Source: Chrysomallon squamiferum (lineage: Eukaryota > Animalia > Mollusca). Taken from it: 64,000 nucleotides of DNA. Every line of letters starts with the position of its first letter. Positions within the stretch are counted from its first letter, which is position 1. The notes under the pieces were generated by a model. The model worked only from the letters and a program-made list of their open reading frames with translations. It was not told the DNA's origin and searched no databases. The position numbers and the translations under genes are program-made. Below are positions 53,181 to 64,000 of the stretch, one piece after another. The stretch spans positions 12,896,001 to 12,960,000 of the forward strand of contig CM022671.1 of NCBI GenBank assembly GCA_012295275.1, in the 5' to 3' direction.

Positions 53181-54231
53181 CTGATTAGCAGGTCATTGTA
53201 TCTTTTCTGATAGAGATAATGTGAAAACAACAGGTTACAATAATTACTATGTAAACTAGTTACATCATTTCAGGATAATCTATAGAGTGACTACAAAGGA
53301 AGTTCACAAACCTGTCCTAAAATTAAATTTAGGCACCAAAATTCTAAATTTTCGTCAGACAACCTTTCTTCAATAAGAAATGTGTGCAAACAATAATCAA
53401 AAGATGGCAGCTAATTTCAGTCATATCCACTCAGATAGCCAGCAAAGCAGGTGACAAACTTACCCCCTGGCACAGTTTACCCCTTCCTCCCAAACTCTTA
53501 ATTATTTCTTGATTGCTAAATATTGGTCATTACTTAACATTATTTAATATGTATTTACTACTATTAATGACATAACTGTTTGTGGGTGATCCAAATTAAT
53601 GCACAGACTATACACTTTCTGTGCATCATGTGATGCACAATATAAGGTACCCTTAATTAAATTCTTAATTACAATTGTGTAAATCGTGAATTTTAACTAA
53701 TTTCAGTTATCACAAAACAAAAAGCATATATTTATATTATTATTAACCAAATGGTTTTTAAAAATCAGATATTTTACAATATGAATATTATTTATAGAAC
53801 AGAAAAAGGAAAGATAACATCAACATGTACACTACAGCACCATATTTGATTTAAGATTAATTTTTTTCCTTTGGTACATGTTCATGTTTCTATAAGTTTC
53901 TGACATGTATATATATTTACTGTTTTAACTTTTGACTCAAACATAAGTGATAGTCTTTTTATTTTCTGTTTTCTGCAATTCCCTATTTGCAGCTTCATTT
54001 ATTAGTTGGTCAATTATTACTTTCAGGCCAAACAATTTGGAACTATGATAAATTAAATCACTGGGGGAGCCATTGTTTCTTTTAGCACTCAAGATGAAGA
54101 GAAACATACTTCAAAAGATATTGAAAGATTTGACCCTAAATTTCTAATCTTAGCTATAAAACTGATCCAAACACTAAGCCTGAATTCAGAAAGAGCTACT
54201 AGTACTAGTTTTCACAATTTCTGCATGATTC

Positions 54232-54232
54232 A

Positions 54233-54285
<53 letters not shown>

Positions 54286-54308
54286 TAATAATGATAATAA
54301 TAATAATG
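54232..54308. repeat. (ATA)n microsatellite
   Basis: Direct reading. Confidence 0.95.
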
Positions 54309-57300
54309 AAAAGTAAGGAATCAAATTACATTTATCTGATACAAATGCAGTTGTCTGATAATATAGGAAGCCAGATAACTGATTTGGTATGTGTATTAAT
54401 GTTTTCATGAGATAGCAAGCAGTCCATTTATCCAGCAGTTTTAATAACATAAACCTAATTCAACTTTCATCTATACTAGTTTATTATTCAGTAGATAATA
54501 ATTTCTGTTAGTAACCTAAAATATAAAATATATTATTTCAGGGTGCACACACGATCTAAAATATTTCATTAATGATTACGAATAACATTAAATCAAACAG
54601 GAATTATATTTTAGATTTAATGAGCTGTGCAGGCAATTTTTTTTACTAGTGTCCAGATACATGTAGTATATCTATACAGACATGCTTTATAAAATGGAAT
54701 GTTGTTTACAGTTTGTAAGGCTATTACAGTATTTCTCTACATACCGAATTATCAGTTTGCTTATTATGTTGCTTCCTCCACACTTTGCTTTAGTTAAACT
54801 CACTCATACAGTACAAAAACCAACAAAAACAGGTATCTCTATTTAAAAAAGATAAAAATATAAAATAATTTAAGATGAATGATAATATATTTATTTATTT
54901 GATACAAAATATTTAAGTTAAAATACAGTTCAAAACAGTTAAATCTGCATTTGAAAATATTTTTTGAATATAATTACCATTTTTTATAATTATTGAAATA
55001 AAATAGTATATTACAATAGCTTAGCAGTGTTCCAAGCATTTGTGATTTTATTATTAATGAAGCATTAATTGAACAAGTATCAGTATTTCTAAATGTATTT
55101 CATGGATCTGTGAATAAAGATAGATAACACTGTACATTGATTTCATTAATCTTCATCATTGTAAAACAAAGTTTTAATATTTACTGTGTAATTAAGTAAA
55201 AGGTGTAATTTAATAATCATAATGATTTATTAAATTGAAACTTTTACCATTTGACAGATATTTAGAATGTTTTGATAAATCCAACCCACTAAAGCTACAT
55301 TATCAAAAACTAGAATGCATAACAATAGCAATAAAATGGTCAATTAAGAAAACAGTGCAATCTTACTGCCCATATACTGATATTGATGAAATACCATATA
55401 CATTAATACAGCCACCTAACCAGACACGGACTCTGAAGATATAAAACACTTGAGATAACTGTCCTGAGGGGATATTGCCCAAGATAAAAACCTCTCAGCA
55501 CATAATACCGACAGGAAGAATATATACATTATTTTTTTAGATTTAAAAAATCAACTTTAAAATCACTATTTTAACATCCAATTTAATTCAAAATGTAACA
55601 TATGTCACAGTCATGTAAATATCAATGTAGGCTACTTGAAGATCTATCACAACTGCAATGTCTTTGTGTAAAACAAAAGTTACTTCCATCAAACACAGGG
55701 ACCAACACTCTTCAGAACCTCAGAAATGGTCTTATCCTGTCTTACCAAAGTTCATGAAGATTAGCTGCAGGGTGACTATCTTCCGCATTTGGCATAACAA
55801 TTCAGACTCAACAGCTCTTCAAATAGTTGGATGGGCATGACCAACAAACTCCATGAAGGCAACGTTCCACCCTTTACAGCAGCTACTGTTGGTTCCAGAG
55901 CATCCAATCGAGGTGATGTTATGGATGTTCCAGATGGATTTGTGTTATTTTGGCATAATATATGACTAGACACGACATGATGATGTCTGTGTGCAACAAT
56001 ATCTACAGACACATATGTTGAGTTTAACTTTAAGTAATAGAGAAATAATCTGAGGTTCAAAGATTAATGTAACAGTCTTCAGAGGACCTAATTCAAAGTC
56101 CATTGTGGTAGTAGTTTTTCTTCTAATATTAAATATGTAGATCCTTTTTGAAAATTATTACTTTATTTGCCATAATTTCCATGTATCACAAGTGCTTTTA
56201 CAAGACACAAACAAATAATAATAATTATACAATTTTTATTTAGATATACAATAAGAATTTTGAGGTACAAAACAAATGCAAAGGGGTGAGATATAATGCA
56301 AGAGAACTTTCAGCTGCCTGAACAAAATTTTCAAGAAATACTACGTAAGATATTAATACAAGTCATTTATACATGACTAGAATATAAAACAAAGGATCAG
56401 ATTGATAAAAATCGACTGTAGTAGTTTTTAATTCAGATATGATCTACTGGCATGTTGCATGTATATATATAACAATTTTGATACAATCAGTATTTTGATC
56501 AGTATTATACTTTCTACAATACAAGTGCAGTAATTATATTTAAAATTAAATAATACTACTTCTACACTGCAAGATAACTGATTTCATAAAATACTGTAGT
56601 TAAAATTTTAATCTAACAACACTTATATAATTTAATCAAGATAACCTGTACTTATGATGACAAATGTTTTCTAGCTGCACAGTTTAAATATTTTTTACAC
56701 TACATCTCTAGAGAAATATTTTTCTATAGATTTTTTAACATTAAATTGAAAATACTTTCAATAATCTTAATATTATAAAATAAAGGATAAAAGGGAGGAG
56801 GAAGAAACAATCTAAAAAAGTCACAGCAAAAAAGGAACAAAAACCAAACAAATGCAATAACCATCACCAAGATAATAAAAATTAAATTGGAACAAAATAA
56901 AAAGAAACTATTAAAGAAAATAAAGCTGAAATACAGATATAATAAATATTAGACAAAATCCAGTAAAAATATAAACATTACTGTTTATAATTATTTCCAA
57001 ATCTTACTACATAAACCATTATAAACACTTTGAGCCTATAGTACAGGAATTTTATTTTCCTGTAAAACTGGGAACTGAGGTAAATTTAATTACAAGATGT
57101 GTTCAGTCTGAAATATTGGGCTAGTCATCAGTCCTGCTTGAATTCATCTTCCTAATATAAGATGATGATGATTTCTTGGGCCAAAACACTGTACATACTG
57201 CAAGAAGTGAGAGATATTTATAATGGTTTGAATGTAGTAGATACTCTGAAGCATTAATACAATACTAGTGTATGTATGACACTGATAAATCTAGTGATTC

Positions 57301-57996
57301 AATATAATGAATATTGTTGAAAATTAATAACAGACTAATTAATGTGCTGATCACCATTGCTAAGCGTTGGTATTTTTTCTACTTTTATTTAAAAAAAAAA
57401 ACATTAAATGGCAAGATTAATTTACAATTTTTAAGCAAATGTTGCATTCTTAGACATGTTTGTATATTTCTGTTAAGAAATACTATTATTATGTAGGCAA
57501 TATTAATTTTGTTTATTGTCAGTCTTATCTTGGAATTACAAATCAATCATCATCAAACTTGTATTAAAGCAACTGATATTAAAATACTAATGAAAACATG
57601 TTTTGAAAGCAGTACAATAAATAAATTAAAGCTGATTAACTGTTTTTTTTAATCTTTTATTTTTAACCATTATATATACATATAGTTACTGTAAATAAAT
57701 CAGTTATATACTGTTGGGTGAACATATTACTGTAATTTAAAAAATAAACTCTATACAAACAGGTAAACAGTGAATTTCACTCATTATATGAGCCACAACC
57801 AATGATACTGTGCAACTGAGAAACATATAAAGTAGTCTACATCACCCAAAAAATAAAACAATTAAAATAAACATTAAAGACACATAAAACATAATGCCCA
57901 GATTAATGTGACATAATATTTAGGCAAATTATTTTGTTTTTGTTCTTATTTTGTGAAAGACTTTGGGTATGTCAATATCCAACAGCACTGATTAAA

Positions 57997-58425
57997 TTAA
58001 GAACACTGAGTGTATGTGGTGACTGTGTTACCAACTCTTTTTGTAACAGTGCTGCACCTCTGACCTCCTGGAATGCACAAAGATAAATCATTATTAGATA
58101 TTTATTTTGTAGTCTTTCAAATACATCTTCTAAAAAAAAAAAAAAAAATTAGAATAATAATAAAAATGAAATAAAGATGTTATTAGACTTTCAATAAATC
58201 AGTAACATTTGATTAATGTATTATGTAACTCTTGCTGTTTATACTTTTATTAAATATTGAGATTAAAAATAATTTATAAAGAAAATCCCTGATGAACTGA
58301 AAAGTGCTACTGATGATTTAATAATTTTTTTTTTTAAAATAGCAGCATCCAAGAATCAACTGTAACTTAGCAAACCACACTAAATCCAGTATATTTTTCT
58401 TCATATTTATATGTATATGTGTATA

Positions 58426-58461
<36 letters not shown>

Positions 58462-58649
58462 TGTATGTTTATGTCTATATATATATATATATATATATCT
58501 ATCTATATATATCTATGTCTATATATATCTGTCTATATATGTGTCTATATATATATCTATATATATAGACATATAGATATGTGTGCGTGTATGTATGTGT
58601 ATGTATATATGTATGTGTGTATATAGATGTGTATATGTATATATATATG

Positions 58650-58687
<38 letters not shown>

Positions 58688-59737
58688 TGTAGATAGATAG
58701 ATAGATACCATTTCCAAAAAGCACATAATTTCTGTATTATGTATACATTTCATTCATAAAAATACACAAATAGCTTTATTAGACAAAATGCCATACCTGA
58801 TCTGCTAGCATGCATGGTGTGAAAATGTTGACCGAATGATGGATTCTGGTGAAAATTTTGGAAATGTCCACTGTTGTGTTGCCTGTCATAATGGTTATGC
58901 ATAGGATGATGTCCAAACATATCATCATTTTCAAATGGGTTAAAACCAAAAAAGTCCTCCTCATCTGCATCCCCAAACAGATCATTGAAATTGAATGCTC
59001 CATTTCCTCCAAAATAAAATTTGAAACCATTATTTCTATCATTGTGATTATGATGGTGATTTCTGAAGTGATGGCTTTTGAAAGCTTGATCAAAATTTTG
59101 GAAAAAGTCATCAAAATTAAACTGAAATCCTTCCTGACCATGAAATCCATTTCCATTAGCCCCTGCTTCTCCAAACATGTCATACTGCTTCCTTTTTTCA
59201 ACATCAGACAGAATTTCATAGGCTAAAAGTATAAAAAGCAAACTGCCAATCATTAACATATAAAATTTAAAACAAAATTAAAACATGAAATAATATATAT
59301 TAATTGAAGCAAACATTATAACCAATAGGCAACATTCTAAATAAAATAAACATATATAATAAGATAAGAATGTAAACTTTTGTGAAGATTAATATATTTA
59401 CTTCACATGAAGAGAATATGAAAAAACAACAACAGACAAATCATTTTAAATTTTCTGTTTAAAGAGAAAAAAAAAATTAAAAATATGTAAAAACAAATTT
59501 TTAAAACATACCTTCAGCTATTTCCACAAATTTTTTTTGGGCATTTTTATCATTTTTGTTTTTATCTGGGTGATATTTTAGTGCCAATTTTCGAAAAGCT
59601 TTTTTGATTTGTTTTTCAGATGCATCCTTTTTCACACCTAGGATTTTGTAATAATCCTTTCCAGCTGATTCAACATCAATAACAACAACAAAAATGGTGC
59701 AATAAACTGATAGTAAAATCAACTGGTCACACTTCAT
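57997..59737 (-). CDS. DNAJB9: DnaJ homolog subfamily B member 9 (ERdj4), 240 aa, three coding exons
   Basis: Exons 59512-59737, 58797-59222 and 57997-58067 (723 nt). Signal peptide, J-domain with HPD (KYHPDKN), G/F-rich region, and C-terminus [20 protein letters not shown] matching the DNAJB9-type CRTVTQRRGNMVTTYTDCS tail. Confidence 0.95.
58408..58706. repeat. Compound (TA)/(TG)/(TATC) microsatellite in a DNAJB9 intron
   Basis: Direct reading. Confidence 0.95.
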
Positions 59738-60731
59738 AGCTTCTGTAAAATGAGAAAGAAATAATATTTAAATTAACACAAAATATATTTTGTTAAACTT
59801 AAACTTTAAAGGGATTTCATATGTATTATATAAAATGAACATTTAGTTAATGTAATGCTAACTATATTGCAATTTGAGGACGAAACAATAATAAACAGAT
59901 ACTTCCATTATTTTCCACATCGTACTTTTTAATATAAATTGACAATTTGAGAGCAACAACAAAAAAAGAAGTAGTAAAAAAATAACAAACAAAACGGTGA
60001 GAATTTTGTTTGGTGTGTATGCTTTCTAATTCAGTACAGATAGTTTTTAACTACACATTTTCACTATGGCACCAAAAGAAAAGAAAAAGCAATAGGCAAA
60101 CGTGGCCATTGCTTGGGTTTGACAGTTAACTGAAAAATAAGAATACTAATTAATGTTGATAATTAATTATATACTGATTATAAGGAACATATGAAATGTA
60201 TGAACAATAAATATTAAATACAGAAGTTTAAATGTGTCTATTTTTCTTCTTGTTTTGTTTCTTTTATTTACATATTAACAATATTATACCTTACGGTCTC
60301 AGTTTCCTCAATGCTCATGAACTGAATTGAACAAGTTATTAGCTCATTAAATATGTATAATTTGTCTACTCATTCAGATTGTATATGATTGAGACATTGT
60401 GTTCTTTCTCATAAAATAATAATTTAAAATAAAAATCATATATTTAGCTTTTCACTATGACATAAGTGACTTAGGATATAAGCTATTACCGTTTATGGTA
60501 TCCACTTTTGTTGTGAACAGTAAGTAAAAAAACCAAAACAAATATTAACTGAATTAAGAAACAAATTCTTAAAACTAATAAAACCATATTTTATTAATTT
60601 TCAGCTACTGCTTATTTGTTATTACTATACATACTATACTGTATAGTGTATTACTATTAGTATTGGTATCAGATTCAGTGTATCACTATCAGAATTTAGA
60701 TCTAAGTATTTAGTATGTTTTTGAAACTTAC

Positions 60732-60860
60732 CAGGTTTCAAATACTTTGGTTCTTCTGTATGGTTTTTCGTTATTTTTCTCTCAAATATGTTTCTACCAA
60801 ATGATTCGTTTCTCTATATTTACGTAACACATGTATGTAATGCTAAGCTATTTAGTTTTA
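60732..60860 (-). other. DNAJB9: Probable non-coding first exon of DNAJB9
   Basis: Donor CTG|GTAAGT below 60732. The first coding exon has an acceptor (TTTTACAG) only 5 nt before the ATG, so an upstream exon is expected. The TSS is approximate. Confidence 0.6.
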
Positions 60861-60869
60861 ATCTCAACA

Positions 60870-61015
60870 ACATCAGACGTGTTCGTTAGCAAACAGGAAG
60901 TACACGATTAATTTATGTATTGGTTATTTTAATCACGTGCCTTGAAATGTAAACTATTATCACGTCAGATAAATGTCGTAAAAAGCCGAAGTAGCCCGAA
61001 GTCAAAATAGTCAAA
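60870..61015. promoter_or_regulatory. Compact bidirectional DNAJB9/CRBN promoter with UPR-type elements
   Basis: TGACGTGA (UPRE consensus) on the minus strand at 60960-60967, ATTGG-N9-TCACGTG at 60919-60939, ETS-like CAGGAAGT at 60894, GACGTG at 60876, and CCGAAGT twice. Confidence 0.65.
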
Positions 61016-61017
61016 AA

Positions 61018-63669
61018 ATGGCTGAAGATTTACTTCCGCTGCTTGGCTATAACGCTGAAGAAAACGAAAGTGACAGTGATGATGGTAATAGTTTAAAAAA
61101 AAAAAAATTATGTTGATTAGGAAGCATATTCGCTATTGATATGTCAGATATATTCATGTATGTATGTATGTATTTTAAATTGTATTTTGATTTTCTGTAG
61201 AGGTCCATATATGATATAGATTTATTCTGTGTACGATTCAATGAATTTGTATTACATTCTCACTGGGATTAAATGAGAATGAAATCCAAAATACTGTGGT
61301 GATAAAAGCCCCATGATCACTTGACCCTGAATATAACCTAAGTTGAAATTTTAAGAAACATTTTACTGTTTTCCCTTTTAATTTGTTGATGTTTTATCCA
61401 ATCCAAATACGCATATGGTCTGGCTAAGATCTACAGAATTCAGTAAAATTACTGTTTCACTTTTAGATATAGTTTTATCATTTCTTATTAAAGGTGTCTT
61501 TACAATTATTTACAAATATTCTGAATTGGATAACTGTTAAGAAGATGGAGAATATTAAAATAAATGTAACAGCATGACCTAATCCATTGCCGCTATTTTA
61601 ATATTTGATAAATTATGTGTAATGTTTTTAGACTCAAGCCAGAATGAGACAAAAGAGGACATTGGTATAGATGTTCCAGTTACAGAAAAAAAAAAGAGAT
61701 CTAAACAAGAATTGGATATTCTTGATCAAACTTTTGACAAGTCATTGCCAGGAGCCCACTCAGTAAGTCCTCTTTCCATAAAAAAGAATTATATATGCTA
61801 TGTTACGACTTTGAGTAAGTGATATAATAATTTCTTTTTTGTTAACAAGCAGTAATTATAATGAATCAAAATTTGTTTTCATTTCTGTGTTATTTTGGGA
61901 ACAAGTCTGTTGGCAGATCAAATATCCTAAAAGAGGGGGTTTTTTTTATGGAAATAATGCTTTAAAAATATTTAAAGCTTACAGTTTAATTAAATTGTTA
62001 TACTCAGGGTTTTTTTAAATACAGGTTTTTTTAATTATCTGTTACTGTAAGATGAACATTGGACAAAATAAACTAATTAATAGCTTTTTTAATTGAGAAA
62101 CAAAACCCAACAAAATCATATTATATTTGTAATAAAAATAAAATAGCTTTTTTTGAAGAAGATAAAAGATATTTTAAGGAATCATATTTTGTTTTCAGTA
62201 TCTTGGTGATGATTTGGAGGAGATAAGTGGGCGGACTATTCATGAAGATGACTCATTTGTTGTAATGCCACTACTAGCTCTCCCAGGCATTGTTCTTATC
62301 CCTGGAGTCACAATTCCTCTCCATCTCTTCCAGCATCGCATGGTTGCAATGATTAAAACAATTGCCGAAAATGACAGAACATTTGGCATTATTGATTACA
62401 GGTCAACATATTTCCTTGAAAAACTGTATCAAATACTCTATACAGATCCTTCATAAATTAAAATATATTATATGAAACACATCTACTCTCAGTTCTAAAT
62501 AATAATAAATAACTTGTTGTTTATTTGAATGTATTGATATTTTATTATTTTGCTTTGTATCTTAATTTTATAACAATCATTTTTTATATTATTATTATTA
62601 TTATTAATATATATTTTTGTTTTTTGCTAGATATATTCCAGATGAAACCACATCGATGGCTAATGTTGGCACAACAGCTGAAATATTTTCAATAAAGTAT
62701 GAAATGGATGAGGTAACTGGTAATTCAACAGTGAGAGTGAAAGCTAAAGGTCGTCAGAGGTTCAGAATTATAGAAACAAGACGTGAAATAACTGGGTAAG
62801 TATAATCACAAATAAAATAAATATATTACTTTTTTATTACAATAAATTACTGTAGTAGGAATAGTTTGTAATTTCAGATCTGTAAATGTTTTTGATGTAA
62901 GAATTAGAATTTCAAATATCTTAATATCTTTTTCAGAACAAGCTGTACCAAAAATAATCAGTAAAATTCTCTTTCTTACTCTGTGAAAAGAAATTACATT
63001 TTTAAGAGGTTCAGTGAATATACTTGATATGCATGATTTTATAAACTGACCTTTTTACCTGGGCTTTTTTTTTTTTTATTCAGAATTCTGATGGGAAAAG
63101 TTCAAATTCTGCCTGAGTGCATACTTCCCGATTGTCTTGAGGGAGCCAGACCTCCATCACACAGAAAGTTCTGCTGTTCTCCGCTTGATCAGGACATGGT
63201 CGTGAAAACTGCTGTTGATATACATGGACGTACACTTGCAAGTGTGAATATGATTGTCAATCGCCAGGTGAATACTGTTTCAAAATACACTACAAAATAA
63301 ATTAAACACATTAAAAACACCGTATGAATTGTAAAGAAGTGTAATTTAGATAAAATGATTTCGAAATTAAATAAGTATTATATACCAACATTTATTAACA
63401 CAGTTACACAATATTAATGTCTTCAATATGTAGACAAAATTTAAAAGAAAAAAATAAATTAGCTAGATATCTAGACCAGGACTTATTGATGCAAAAATAT
63501 CAGTGGAGTTAGGTTTCATATTGTAGCATTAGTGAAGTGCTTCATTTGATTATCAAGGTATTATTTCATTGTTATATAAGAATTCATTTCACTTATTTTT
63601 CAGCTTGATAAATTTAGCCCTGCTAACTTAACCTGGTGGCCTCCGTGGGTATATAAAATGTATGATTCG
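61018..63669 (+). CDS. CRBN: Cereblon (N-terminal part and Lon-N domain); continues beyond the window end
   Basis: Exons 61018-61084, 61632-61762, 62199-62401, 62631-62795, 63084-63267 and 63604-63669 are in phase. Motifs [66 protein letters not shown] and ANLTWWPPWVYKMYD. Confidence 0.96.
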
Positions 63670-64000
63670 GTTAGTACTGTTATTTTACTCACTTTTACAG
63701 AGGGAAACATTTGAAAAAAATGTATACAGAAAAAGTCAATATAGGTAACATTTATACTAGATTTAAATATATGGATTATAAAGCTTTCCAAAAAAACTAT
63801 TTCAGAAATTTACCATTAAATCTATATATTAACTGAATTTTAGTTCCATAACTGAAATATTAAACCATTTAAATATAATTCTTTTTATTATTATTATTAT
63901 TATTATTTAGACTTTGAACATTTTGGAAAATCAGAATCTTATATTACTAAGGATATTTGTCAAAATGCAGTCATCTTAATAATTAAAAAAAAAAAAAAAA

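Noticed and set aside
58779-59226. Alternative-frame and antisense ORFs overlapping DNAJB9 exon 2
   Set aside because: Shadow ORFs of the real coding exon, with no independent support.

Overview
AT-rich, intron-rich eukaryotic (animal) DNA. Composition, microsatellites and transposon content suggest an invertebrate, possibly a mollusc or cephalopod (inference only). Three protein-coding genes can be assembled by hand from GT-AG exons with consistent reading phase: an ANKRD26-like ankyrin/coiled-coil gene (minus strand, 32 exons from 27421, running off the left edge), DNAJB9/ERdj4 (minus strand, complete) and cereblon/CRBN (plus strand, running off the right edge, head-to-head with DNAJB9). 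The ~30 kb between ANKRD26-like and DNAJB9 has no long ORF. It does contain a candidate spliced transcript divergent from ANKRD26-like, with a 31-38 aa smORF and a structured long last exon. It also holds an old inverted duplicate of that locus's intron 1/exon 2 between oppositely oriented TG/CA satellite blocks, a decayed Academ transposon, Tigger, hAT and pogo elements, and degenerate satellites. Further hAT, Tc1 and Tigger elements lie in ANKRD26-like introns. No rRNA, tRNA or CRISPR array was seen. Most listed six-frame ORFs are repeat artefacts.
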